Assembly (NCBI GenBank): GCA_038087875.1
Contig: CM075985.1
Coordinates: forward strand, 22,258,001-22,322,000
Direction of reading: 5' to 3'
Origin: Malacoraja senta
Taxonomy: Eukaryota
DNA length: 64,000 bases
In this document: positions 11,583 to 24,290 of the stretch, piece after piece
Layout: each line of letters opens with the position of its first letter
Numbering within the stretch: position 1 is the stretch's first letter
Notes under the pieces: generated by a model
Database searches by the model: none
Told to the model about the DNA's origin: nothing
Seen by the model: the letters and a program-made list of their open reading frames with translations, nothing else
Made by a program: the position numbers and the translations under genes

Positions 11583-13137
11583 ATCCCGTTTCCCCTTCTC
11601 CCACTGCATAAACCTTGTTAGGACTTTGGCCACATGTCATTGACCAGCGCCTACCCTAGACCAGACCATCAGGTGGCCATTGTTTGATTCAAGACAGGCA
11701 CACCAAATGCATTCGTTCATTAGTGTGGGCTGTAGTGTGATCTGTGCATGCACTCCTTATAATTTTTTTCATCCTAAGTTTCAAATATATATAATTGGCT
11801 GCAGGATACCTTAGCACATTGTGAAATACCTTCTTTAACCACCAGTTTATTTTGCAATGTCAGGTTTGGTTCTCCTCTCGAGTGAACAGAATAGGAATAG
11901 GTCCAATTGCGTGAAATCTTCGCCCTTTTTCATTTGACAGGATTTTCATTGAGAGTGAGGTTCATTGCAAAAACGTGCCTGCTCACTTATGTGCAGATGT
12001 ATGCAAATGTTGCAGCAATTGCAAATGACATCATGCACCTAATTTCCTGACATTTTCTGCTCCATTTGCATTGAATATAATGTATGCCTGTTGAAAGCCC
12101 ACTGTCCAGGACAAGCTGCCAAAGTGTAATTTAAACAGACAAAACGGGTCACAATTGTTTTGCCTGTAAAACCTTAGTTCTGGCTTTAAGTACTGATGTT
12201 TGAGAAAGAATCCTTTCATGGGCTTTACAAATTCATTTTTGTCAGATTTAAACATTTAACCTTTCTTCGACTTGCTGAGACTATCATGGAATATAATGGG
12301 TTCAAATTATCTGCTTGGATTTGTTCAGCCATTTCAAGTTCATGCTATCAGTGTTTGTCTTTCCCCTTTGCTTCTATCTAGACCAAAGCACCGTTTCCAC
12401 GTGCCAATGTCATTTCTTTATCCCCTCTCTAATTTGCAAAGTTCTTTTGTAGATTTCTGTTAACTGAACTCTAGCATATGATCTTAGCCTTCTGCACCAT
12501 TCTAAAGATAGCAATCTACCTCCATTCATAAAGTTTGAATACTTTGCTTTTGGTCTTCAGGTGATGCCCTTATCCCAACACCACAATTTTTGTGCTACAC
12601 TAAATACCTCTTACTGGAAGTGAACTAACTCTTTACACATCAGAATGTGATAATATATATACACATTTCTAATATTCTAATGTTCCCAAGCATTAAATAC
12701 ATGACATCTTTTGTAAAATTAATGATAAAGAGAACCTGCATTTTTTCAGGTCACATGGCTTAGGTTACATTTTATTACACACGTTTATTAAAATTAAAAA
12801 TTAAACTAAGCTGGTAAATAGCGTAGCAAGTTTCAGAGCCAGTGCAACAGTTTTTACTTGTTCACACCCTACAACTTCCTTGGTTCTTAAAATAATAAAA
12901 TCAGTATTTCCCTTATTCACTCTCTGAAATATCTATGACACACAGTACACAGCACAATTATTTATTTTATTTTACTAAACCTAAACATGAAGAAACATGA
13001 CAAGAACTAAGTTCCTCATGGAGTCCTCACTTGTTCACTTCCACTTATGCAATCAGCTGTGGAACTGGAAGAATTGCTAAACTGGAGCTGTCAGTAGGAA
13101 TCATCTAAAGAATTTGGCTGGGGTGAACACCATGATA

Positions 13138-14874
13138 TAGCGATGTTACAATACTCACCTTCAGCGGCGCTGCAGTTCTGCCACTGGCCGTGTGCGCGAC
13201 TTTGGTGCCTTTGAGGAGGGGGGGGAAGCGGGATTAAAATGCTGTTTTCTCCTGCCTGTCGGATTCGAACTTCCTCAGGCTGTTAAGCTGCTGAAGAATA
13301 ATCGATCCGACTTTCGTTCTCGGAAGTTTTTTTTTTTAAATTGCGGGACAATTTAATCCCTGGAGTAAAATAAAAAGATACTTCTAATGCCGTCAACTGC
13401 GACAACAGGACGGATCTCACGTATGGGACAAAACATAATGGAAATCGTTTATTTTACATATAAACTTGCTTCTTAAGGGCCTGTCCCACTTACGCGTCCT
13501 TGGCTCACAAATTACGCGACCTCGTGGTTGCTTGAGGCGTACGGGCACCATATGGCCGCGCGGGGCAGGTCCCACTTAGAAGCGCGGAGGGGTATGGAGT
13601 TGTGCGGGGCTGGTCCCAACATCGCGCGGGGCACCAAAATTCTTGCAGTGAACAAAATCTTCACGCGCCAACGGCCTGTCGCAGAACTGACGGCCAAAGT
13701 GGGACAGGCCCAAGACCCTGTCTCACCTCCAACAGCAGCAGAAGCAGGCAAATGATCGCCGAACTCAGCCTGGGGCTCACGGCCGTTGCGGTCCGGATCC
13801 GCCCCCACTTCTACTCCCAGAGTGGGGCCAAGAAAATTGAAGATAGACACAAAATGCTGGAGTAACTCAGCAGGACCGGCAGCATCTCTGGAGAGAAGCA
13901 ATGGGTGATGTTTCGGGTCAAGACCCTTCTTTTCAGACTGAAGAGTCTCGACAAGAAACGTCTCCCATTGCTTCTCTCCAGAGATGCTGCCGGTCCCGCT
14001 GAGTTACTCCAGCTTTGTGTCCATCTTCAAATGACGTCACGCGTTCCAGACGGCTGTGCGTATGCGTAATTGCGCCTGACTTTCGCTCGACCGTCTCGGC
14101 TCAACGCGACCACGAGGTCGCGTAATTTGCATGCCAAGGACACGTAAGTGGGACAGGCCCTCTGGGATGACTTTAATCAGAATTTCCTTGGCTATAATGT
14201 GATTTTGGCCTCATATGAACTGGTAGTGTTTTTCCTGCCGATATGGGGTTCAAATTCACTGCAACCGCAACGTTCCAATCGATCGCATTCCACAAAAACC
14301 CACTCGCAAGATGATTAAAATTACCATTAACTTACGGGAATTAAACATTAAATTCCTTCCATTTGGCCTATAAATGCATGACAATGAGATTTAAAAAGCA
14401 TGTTATATTGTGAATTCTTGTGTGAATGTTATTTGGACACTTAGGCTATTTAAAAATGTTAACCTTTTCTTAAGAAACGGATAGATGCTTAGATCTAGTA
14501 ATTGAATTTTGTAATTAGCTACAATTAGGTAACTAACTAATTATATGTTTTAATTTCAGGTCATGCAAGTAAGATTGTTTCATATTTGTTTCAGAATGCT
14601 TCAATCTATAATGACTGAAAATCTCATTCAGTTCTCTTAATTTTTAAGAAAGTTATGGGGTTTTGATTGTCCTCGATCACTGCTTTTGAGTTAAGTCAAT
14701 GGAAAAGCAATAGGGAACAAGATGCTAATTTCAGTATGAAAATGGCCATAACTTTTTTAATACTGAAGATATGAATGTGAATTAGGTGTCAAATTAAACT
14801 TCTTTTTATGCTTTATCTGATGGGATAAATTGCAGACTTGATTTTTAAAATCTCAAAATTTTGTAACATTGCTA
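13138..14874. mobile_element. Non-autonomous TIR DNA transposon (hAT-like termini, 7-bp TSD)
   Basis: TIRs TAGCGATGTTACAA / TTGTAACATTGCTA; direct repeat CATGATA at 13131-13137 and 14875-14881. Confidence 0.8.
13476..14161. mobile_element. Harbinger-like MITE nested in the 13138-14874 element, containing a Penelope-derived palindrome (~13838-14030)
   Basis: TIR AGGGCCTGTCCCACTTACG.../...CGTAAGTGGGACAGGCCCT; left flank TTA; extra internal TIR copy at 13697-13711. Confidence 0.75.
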
Positions 14875-15241
14875 CATGATAGGCCACCACTCTCTCCTGT
14901 TGGACCAGTGTTAATCTTCTGGAAGGGATTATAGTTTAAAGTTGGAATGGTGATCAGGTAAAGAGAGAAAAACCTGATATCAAGAGCAACATGTCAAGTC
15001 AGTGATTCACAACATTTCCAGTTTACGCAACCTATTGGCAAAAGAGGGTATAACGACAATGTAACGCTGATAAGGACGTGTGACTTTGCTGGTGTCAACC
15101 AAAGAATTTAAAGAATTTTGATGGAATTTAGATTTTGGAAGACAACAGAGGAATTGTTAGAATGAGAACCAGACATTTAAAAACTATGCCTCATTTTAGC
15201 ACCACCTCTTTGGTTATGACAGTGAGGTATTCTACTGATGG

Positions 15242-16099
15242 CAGGCACGAAAATCGCTATCGGGGGGGCCGGGTGACAGGGGGGACACAATTTCTTGGCG
15301 GCCGCACGCGCATGCGCACACTCTCACACACACACACACGCGCGAGGCTTCAGAGGCTCAATCCAGCGCTAAATGCAGCTCAACTCTGCCTGTCTCGCCG
15401 GGTTAACCTACAGCCCTGCCTGGACTGCCGGGACACCAGCCTTGAGTCGTGGAGCTAGCACTGCTTCTCCACACTGGCTGTAAACCTGGGCCATATTTCC
15501 CGTAAGTCCAGGCAGGGCTGTAGGTTAACCTGGCGGGACAGGCAGAGTTGAGCTGGGTTTCATCGCTGCTTCTCTGTGCTGGCTGTGGGCCTGGGGGCAC
15601 AGCTCCCGTCTGACTCCCGACGTCTCTGGCCATCCCCGGGGGGGCACTTGGGTGGGGACGTGGATGGTCCAGTGGCGGTTCGGCAGCGATTGCAGCGCCA
15701 GAGAGCCGGGTTCAATCCTGGCTGTGGATGAGGTGCAGGTCTGTGTCCAGGGCTGCTGAGAGTGTTTTGGCATGTCTCCCTCCTCCAATCACCGTGCTCT
15801 ATCTTCGGTCCCACCCCCCCTACCTCCGCCTCTGACCTACACCTCCCTCCTCCAATCATCGCGCTGAATCATCATGTCCCGCCCCCATTGCCTGCAGACA
15901 GGCGTCTCTCTTGTCCATTCGGCGCCCTCGATCAGCAGTCGTACCCCCACTGTCTCGCAGAAAGCGGAGATTTCACTGGGTTTTAAAATCCGGATTACAA
16001 AAAATGGGGGGGGGGGGAAATCATCCCCCACCTCTCAAAACAGGGGGGAAGAGGGGGGGGGGACGTGTCCCCCCCGCCCCCCCTGGATTTCCGCCCCTG
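15242..16099. mobile_element. Non-autonomous hAT-like element
   Basis: Imperfect TIRs CAGGCACGAAAATC / GATTTCCGCCCCTG; 8-bp TSD ACTGATGG / ATTGATGG; internal ~50-bp inverted repeat 15376-15426 / 15505-15555. Confidence 0.75.
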
Positions 16100-16865
16100 A
16101 TTGATGGCAAGTCAGTCATCATAAAAGACTACAGGCTTGGATGTTGCCTCAAGGTTAGCAATAATAAGCAGTGCCAAACCACCTGATTTAAAACTGAAAG
16201 CAATTTAATGATTAACGCAGAGCTGGGAAGGTAAGTGCCCTGCAATGTTCACCAGGATCCAGATGCGTGTGTCATCAGTCTGTCTACACCAGACCCTGCC
16301 AGAAATTTGTCTGCATTTTACACCACTCCGTGATTTAACCAACAGCTCCACCATTGCCCTCTCACCTTAAAGCTATGCCCTCTTATCATTGACATTTCCA
16401 TCCTGGGGCAAAGGTTCTGACTGTCAATCTATCCAGGCCTCTCTAACTTCGCTCAGATCTTCTCTCAACCTCTGGTGCTCCAGAGAAGACAATCCAAGTG
16501 TGCCTAACCTCTCCTTGTAGCTAATACCCTCTACTCCAGGCAGCATTATGGTAAACCTCTTCTGCACCCTTTACACAGCCTCTACATCCTTCTTGTAATG
16601 GGGTAACCAGAACTGCACACAAATGCAGCCCAATCAAAGTCTGAAAGAGCTGCATCACGACTTCCTGACTCTTATACTCAATGTTCCTACTTATCAAGGC
16701 AAGCATACGATATGTCTTCATTTTTACTCCATCTACTTGCTTTGTCACTGTCAGGAGCTATGGACATGGACCCCAAGATCCCTCTGTACATCAATGCTGT
16801 TAAGAGTCTTGGCATTAACTATATACTTTCCCCATACATTTGACAACCCAAAGTGCGACATCTCA

Positions 16866-17660
16866 AAAGGTGGCAAAAACAGGAAAGCAGACTATTATCT
16901 AAATGGTGGCCGACTAGGAAAAGGGGAGATGCAGCGAGACCTGGGTGTCATGGTACACCAGTCATTGAAAGTAAGCATGCAGGTACAACAGGCAGTGAAG
17001 AAAGCGAATGGTATGTTAGCTTTCATAGCAAAAGGATTTGAGTATAGGAGCAGGGAGGTTCTACTGCAGTTGTACAGGGTCTTGGTGAGACCACACCTGG
17101 AGTATTGCGTACAGTTTTGGTCTCCAAATCTGAGGAAGGACATTATTGCCATAGAGGGAGTGCAGAGAAGGTTCACCAGACTGATTCCTGGGATGTCAGG
17201 ACTGTCTTATGAAGAAAGACTGGATAGACTTGGTTTATACTCTCTAGACTTTAGGAGATTGAGAGGGGATCTTATAGAAACTTACAAAATTCTTAAGGGG
17301 TTGGACAGGGTAGATGCAGGAAGATTGCTCCCGATGTTGGGGAAGTCCAGGACAAGGGGTCACAGCTTAAGGATAAGGGGGAAATCCTTTAAAACCGAGA
17401 TGAGAAGAACTTTTTTCACACAGAGAGTGGTGAATCTCTGGAACTCTCTGCCACAGAGGGTAGTCGAGGCCAGTTCATTGGCTATATTTAAGAGGGAGTT
17501 AGATGTGGCCCTTGTGGCTAAAGGGATCAGAGGGTATGGAGAGAAGGCAGGTATGGGATACTGAGTTGGATGATCAGCCATGATCATATTGAATGGCGGT
17601 GCAGGCTCGAAGGGCCGAATGGCCTACTCCTGCACCTAATTTCTATGTTTCTATGTTTCT
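16866..17660 (+). mobile_element. Young 5'-truncated CR1 LINE
   Basis: Open CR1 ORF2 C-terminus (RPHLEYCVQFWSP...GYGEKAG), (CTATGTTT)n tail, TSD ATCTCA at 16860-16865 and 17661-17666. Confidence 0.95.
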
Positions 17661-18168
17661 ATCTCATACTTGCTCAGATTAAACATCATCTGCCATTTCT
17701 CCATCCCTTTATGTAGCTGATCTATATCCTGCTGTATACAGCAACAGCCTTCTTCACTGCCCACAGCTCCAGCAATTTTGGTGTCATCTGCAAACTTACT
17801 AACCAACACGTCTACATTTATATCTAAGTCATTTGTATACATCACAAACAGCAGAGGTCCCAGCAGAAATCCTGGTGGAACTCCACTGGTCACAGTCCTC
17901 CAGCCAGAATAACACCCTTCTGCTACATCCCTCTGACTTCCATGAGTAAGCCAGTTCTGAATCCATATGACCAAATCACCATGCATCCCCCATGCATCTT
18001 GATTTTCTAGATCAGCCTATCGTGGGGGACTTTATCAAATGCCTTACTAAAATCCATGTAGACAACATCCACTGCCCTACTCTCATTGATCACCTTTGTC
18101 CCAACCTCCAAATGCTCGATCAATTTATTTAAGACCTGCCATGAACAAAGTCATGCCGAATGTCCTTA

Positions 18169-18930
18169 AGGGGCTGTCCCACTGCGGCGACCTAATCCGC
18201 GAGTTAAGAAGAGTGTCTTCGACCTTCAAGCTCGAGGGCACTCGCCTGGAAAACCTCGAGCTGGATCGATCGTCTGCATTGTAACCGCGAGCTGGATCGA
18301 CCAACCGCACACACACACAAACAAACACATCGCAAAGGCGGGGGCCAGGGAAAGCGGGGGAGCGCTGTCTGAAATGCACACTCGCGATGAAGAGGAAGGT
18401 TAAAGACGGCTGCACAGTGTAATGTAAGTTCTTTAGAGAGCGTGGGGGGGGGGGGGAGAAGGGGAGAGAAGGGGAGAGAAGGGGAGAGAAGTGGAGAGAA
18501 GGGGGAGAGAAGGGGGGGAAAAGGAGCGGCGACACTTTTAAGAAGTATAATAAAGTTTAGCGGGCATTTTACTTACCGGTTGATTTTCCCTGGTCCTGAA
18601 AATTCCAATGAGCCAATCAAAATGCCCGGTCTGCGAAGGAGATTGCCTACGGCTGCCCTCGACTGCCTGTAACTAAATAGCGACCCCACTCCACTGCACT
18701 ACGAGTTAAAAAGAACCATGCCGACCAAATTTTACTTGCGGAAACATTTTCAACAGGCTGAAAAAATTTCCGCGACCTAGCTGAGGCCACGAGTATTCGG
18801 GAACTTCCCTCGAACATGAAGGAGAGTTCCAGTGACCTCCTAGGAGCACGTGTCGACCATGCTGCGAGTTTGAGTCGAGGGCAAATTCGTCTAAACTCGC
18901 AGATTAGGTCGCTGCAGTGGGACAGCCCCT
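18169..18930. mobile_element. Harbinger-like MITE
   Basis: ~35-bp TIRs AGGGGCTGTCCCACTGCGGCGACCTAATC / GATTAGGTCGCTGCAGTGGGACAGCCCCT; TTA-like flank; right TSD ambiguous. Confidence 0.75.
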
Positions 18931-20117
18931 TAGATTAGTTAATTCTCTTCCTAAAGGGAGTAAATCCTATTCGAAAGAATCCTCCCCAATAGCCTCCATA
19001 CCACTGATGTGAGGTGTATAATTCCCTGGATTCTCTCGACTTCCTTTCTTAAATAAAGGAACATTATTGGCTGCTCTCCAGTTTTCGGGACCTCGCCTTG
19101 GCTACAGAAGATACAAAGATCTTCATCAAGACCCCTGCAATCTCCTCTCTTGCCTTGCTTAATATTCTGTGATTGATCCCATCGGACCCAGGGGATTTAT
19201 CCATCTTTAATGTTCTTGAAGAGCCACAACACCATCTCCTTCTTGATCTGAATCTTCCCTTATATATTAGTATTCTCTACACTGTCCTCCATCTCCTTCT
19301 CCTTGGTGGATACAGATGCGACGTATTTGGTTTGTAACTCACCTACATCCTCTGACTCACAGCACAAACTCTCTCCATTACACCCTAGTGGTCCTACCTT
19401 CTCTCTTGTAACACTCTTGTTTTTAATGTTTGTAAAAAAAGCCTTGAGATTTTCTTTATTCTGACTCACCAGATACATTTCACGGACTCCTGTGGCCATT
19501 TTAATCATCTGCTTGAGTTCTTTCCTACTTGCTTTATCTTCCACAAAGGCCCTGTCTGATTTCATCTCCGTAAACATTACTTACACTTTCTTCTCCTTCT
19601 TGACCAAATTTACAATCTCTTTGGTCAACCAAGGTTCCCTTACCTTGCCATCGTTATCCCTCTTTGTTATCGGAACGTGCTGGTTCTGAGCCTTGATTAG
19701 CCAATTTAGGACCTTGCCCCAAAGTCCAGACTTATCCCTATTCAAACCAATCTTTAAACTCATAGTGTAGGAAGGAACTGCAGATGTTGGTTTAAGAAGA
19801 TAGACACAAAAAAGCTGGAGTAACTCAGCGGGTCAGGTCGTTTCTGGTTGAGTCAGAAGAAAGGAGTTGTAATCTCTATCCCCAAGACACACTTCCACTG
19901 GAACATCACTAACCTGGCCAGGCTTGTTTCCCAATACCACATCCAGAATGGACCATCCTTGAGCTGGATTTGCATCTTTCTGCAATCTGTGTATATATCT
20001 GTTCCTCGATCTCCTGATGACCATTGGGATTCTTTTGTAAAATCCCATTTGTGTGAGTGCACCTTCCATATTTTTGAGCTCTACCATATTGTCTCAGTAG
20101 ACAAAGCATCCACTATG

Positions 20118-20301
20118 TGCTGGAAGGAACTGCAGATGCTGAATTAAACTGAAGAAAGACTCAAAAAACTGGAGTAACTCAGCAGGACAGGCAGCATCTC
20201 TGGAGAGCAGGAATGGCTGACGTTTTGGGTCTGAAAGAGAGTCTTGACCCGAAACGCCACCCATTCCATCTCAGCAGAGATGCTGCCTGTCCCTCTGAAA
20301 C
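20118..20301. mobile_element. Penelope-derived palindromic mini-element
   Basis: Inverted arms around a decayed hammerhead core; TSD CATCCACTATG at 20107-20117 and 20302-20312. Confidence 0.75.
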
Positions 20302-20369
20302 CATCCACTATGCCCACTCTGAGTGCCGCTACAACATCCTCCCAGATTAGTAACGCAACAAAGAGGCAT

Positions 20370-20660
20370 CACTCCCGGCCGAGCTCAATGTTCTACACTC
20401 ACTTTGAAAGGTTGAATCCAAAGCGTCTTCTCGGGTCCCCATAGCTCTTTGGCATTGTTATCTCAGTCGCCGAGGCCAACTTCAGATGATCCTTTGGGAG
20501 GGTGAACCCTCCCCAGACTTAATGGTGTATCTGGCCGCATTCTGAAAAGTTGCTTGGACCAACTGGCTGGAGTTTTCAGGGACATCTTCAACCTCTCATT
20601 ACTAAGGTCCAAGGTTCCCACCTGCTTTAAAAGGGCATCAATAACACTGGTGCCGATGAA
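20370..20660 (+). mobile_element. Decayed Rex/Babar LINE fragment
   Basis: Matches the element at 36690-36990 (…LAGVF.DIFNLSL…[10 protein letters not shown].). Confidence 0.75.
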
Positions 20661-22439
20661 GTGTAATGCTGCAGTAAATGTTGCTGTGTAAAAACATTGA
20701 GATATGCGATGCAGGGGAATTATTGTGAGGACATGTTAAATTAATACCCTGCAATAAATAATTAATTGCACTAATCAATGAGTTTGCTGTTTCTATTTAC
20801 TCAAATGAATGCTCTCAATCAATGCAAAATAGATTTAAAAAAGTGGCCGATAGTATTCTCCGAATTAAAAGTGTTAATAGGCAAGATGCATTCAGTATAA
20901 TGAGTGTGGCCACTGTAATATTCGTTCTTAGGGAAGAAATGCATGGTAACATTTGCAGCAAGCCATTTGGTTCTTAACCAGTACTGATCTTCTCCAGAGA
21001 GGTTTAAAGATGGTTTGGCTGGTGCATATTTATGTACTTCAAACCCTACCCTGTGAGGGATTGAAATAGTCAGACAGTTTACTAATTAAGTACTCCCTCA
21101 CACGTTGTTCACGGACAGTAAACATTCTGATTAAGAATGCAAGAGCCGTGGATACAATAAGTTGGGCTGATTCATGAGAACTCACAGTGGAGTGAGCTGT
21201 AATGATGAAAGGAAAATAAATCAAACAAGGCTCCATTAAGGACTAAGAGGAACTTGTACAGCACCAGGCACATTATGATTAAAATAACACTGGACAGCTG
21301 GAATAAGCTGATGGCTGCAGCCCAGCGAGGGTCCAGTTTCCTGCAGCCAGCTGCTGTCTGAGCGACGGAGAGGAGTAATTGATTGTTGATTGGCGTTTCA
21401 AAAGGAAGAACAAATTAACAAGAAAAATTCACTGCCAGGTACTGCAAAGCAACTCCACAATTAAAGGCAAGCCATTCTGCCACTGAACGTGTGTGGCATT
21501 ACGGCACACTCTTAAAGAAAAACAATTAAGATGTCTCCACAAGCACAACCCGTGGAGTGTCAGGAGTAGGCTGGGCAAAGGATATGCCTCTGAATGGCAT
21601 CTCAAACCAAGAGCACAGACATCAAAGTCATGCGTCTACCCCACAGAGCATCCATTCGTTGGCTGCAGGTGAATGAAACACCACAGGATTGCAAAAGACA
21701 CTTTGCTAATGCAGATTAAAGCAACCGTGCAAAGTGAAGGAAGGAAAAGCAATGCAATGGTGCTGATATATCTAATCATTTGTGTGAGATCAAGAACTAG
21801 CACTCCTCTTATAAAATACACGCAATGTATCATCTTGGACCCACAGCATATAGACAGGCGATGTTAGGTGGGACTCTCACAAGTGATTTTCAATGTTGTG
21901 AAATTGAAAGTATAGACTGTGAGATAGCGCTGCAAATCACAAGCACCAGATAGAGCAATGTTTGTACAGATAGCTGTAAAATGCTGTTTAATTTTACAGA
22001 GTGAATAGACAAAACAAGAGGAAATTATCAGGTTTACCTAATGGATCTGATGAGGAAGACATGTCTTACTTATTTTGGAGTGTCATTTTCTATTGAATTT
22101 GCATAGGAAAACAGCTCTCCCTTCAATGTCGTATGATGTAGCTGAATCCCACTGTGGCCACCTAGGATACATTCACAGAATATGATTTTGATAGCTGGTG
22201 TGTGCATTTTCTGCCTGACTCTAGGTGGATAATACGACCTAGAGTAAATCTGTTTTGGTGTTGATAATCATTGCCTTCATACTGGGTTATATTTACATGG
22301 TGAGGACAGATTAAATTAACATTTTTATATTATGGACATCAGGTTGAATTGTGGAGCTCCTTGCACCATTTGATCAAATCTTACTTATGTCATAAACAGT
22401 TTGGAAGCTGTCCAGTGGTGGTAGGAAGGGAAATGTGGG

Positions 22440-22587
22440 TAGTTTTGGAGGATTTTCCAGAACACCCTGAGAAAACACATATGATCACGGGGAGAACGTA
22501 CAAACTCAGACAGCACCCGTAATCAGGATTGAACCCAGGTCTCTGGCGCTGTAAGGCAGCAACTCGACCGCTGCACCACCACGTCGC
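22440..22587 (-). mobile_element. HE1/V-SINE-like fragment
   Basis: Reverse complement of the SINE tRNA-like head. Confidence 0.7.
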
Positions 22588-23095
22588 CCAGTTCTGGTCG
22601 CTAAATTATTGGAAAGATGTGGAGGCTTTGTCGAGGGGGCTGGAGAGATTTACCAGAATGCTACATGGTTTAGAAGGTATTAGCTATAAGGACAGGTTGG
22701 ACAGACGCAATTTGTTTTCTCTGAAACATCTAAGGGTCAGGGGAGACCTGATAGAGGTTTATAAAATTAAGAGATGCATAGATAGGGTAGTCAGAACCAT
22801 TTTCCAAGGGAGGAAGCTAGAGGGCATAGCTTTAAAGTGAGAGGGACAAAGTTTAAAGGACAAGTTTTTTTTACACAGAAAGTGGTGGGTTCCTGGAACG
22901 CGCTGCCAGGGGTGGTGATGGTGGCAGATACAATGGTGGCATATAAGAGATTTTCAAATAGGCACATGAATATGCAGGGTATAGATAGAGATATGTGGAT
23001 TACATGCAGGCAGAAGAGATTAGTTTAACTTGGCATTCATGTTCAGTGTGGACATTGTGGCCTGTAGGGCCTATTTCTGCACTGTGCTTTCTATA
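22588..23095 (+). mobile_element. CR1 3' fragment
   Basis: QFWS...RVRGDLIEVYKI...FFTQKVVGSWNALP motifs. Confidence 0.85.
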
Positions 23096-23749
23096 ATTTA
23101 GCATAGAGAGAGCCATTCAGCTCACTGAGTCTATGCCAGCTCCCTGAACTTTCCACCAGTCCCCTTCCCCATGTTATTTAATTGCACCCTACTCTGTTCC
23201 ACTGATTGGAATTGGAAGCATAAATTCACCAGAATCAATAACGATAAGGGATAAACTTTAAAAAATACACAAACTTGGTTACTATCTCTAGAAAGGATTT
23301 AATCAGTGTTTCCTCTGAATCTTGGAGAATTAATGGGGAAAGTAGAGAAAGTTCTTTCTGTTATTTGAGGAGTCTAGGAGAGGGGGATTGACCTCAAAAT
23401 TAGTCAGCATTGTTAAGAACAAGTTGGGAGACATTTCTAAATACAGTGAGGGATAGGTATTTGAAATTCTTTCTGCAAAAGGCATTAATGAGAAATTGAA
23501 AGATATTTGATAACAAAAGATATTGGAGGAAGTGAAGAGAATGTAGATACACAGAAACAAGGAACTGCGGGTGCTGGTATACTGGTTTACAAAAAAAGAC
23601 ACAAAGAGCAGGAGTAACTCAGGTCAAGCAGCATCTCTGGAGGACATGGATAGATGAAAATGGACCCTTCTGAGATTGATGTAGTGGGGTGGGGGTGAGA
23701 GATGGAAAAGTGCAGGGGCAGGACATTTTTGTGGCTTTTTGTTAGGCAG

Positions 23750-24290
23750 ATGATTGAGAAAAAGGTTGTGACTGTCTATCCTATCCATGCCTCTCATAAT
23801 TTTATATACTTCTATAAGGTATACTTCTATCACCTCCAGCCTTCTAGAGAAAACAATCTAAATCTGTCCAACCTCTCCTTTTAGCTAATACCCTCGAATC
23901 CAGGCATCATTCTAGTAAACCTCATCTGCACCCTTTCCAAAGCCTCCACATCTTTTGTATTGGGGAGACTCGAAATGCACACAGCACTGCAAATGCACAC
24001 AATACCATAACCCGAGCATTCTTGGTGTCATCTGCCAATTTACTAACCAACCCATCTAGATTTTCATCCAAGTCTTTATATGTAGCACAAGCAACAGAGG
24101 TTCCAGCGCAGATTCCTGCAAAATCCCACTGGGCACAGACCTCCAGCCTGAATATTGTCCTTCCACCACAACCCTCTGTCTTCTATCAGTAAGGCAGTTC
24201 TGAATCCATACGATCAAGTCACTCTTAAACCCATGCTGTTTAATCTGATGGATTAGCATATAATGGAGGACTTTATCAGTCTTTATCACA
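23750..24290 (-). mobile_element. CR1 RT fragment
   Basis: WIQNCLTDRRQRVVVEG and IEVYKIMRG motifs. Confidence 0.8.

Larger units (their letters stand above)
16330..20110 (-). mobile_element. Old fragmented CR1 LINE hosting later insertions
   Basis: Minus-strand ORF pieces with CR1 ORF2 motifs (SKFADDTKIAG, REPWLTKEI, ILDVVLGN) in collinear order; interrupted at 16866-17660, 18169-18930 and ~19765-19860. Confidence 0.8.

Noticed and set aside
16623-17564. 313-aa ORF as a gene
   Set aside because: Chance fusion of antisense old CR1 sequence with the ORF2 tail of a young CR1 inserted at 16866
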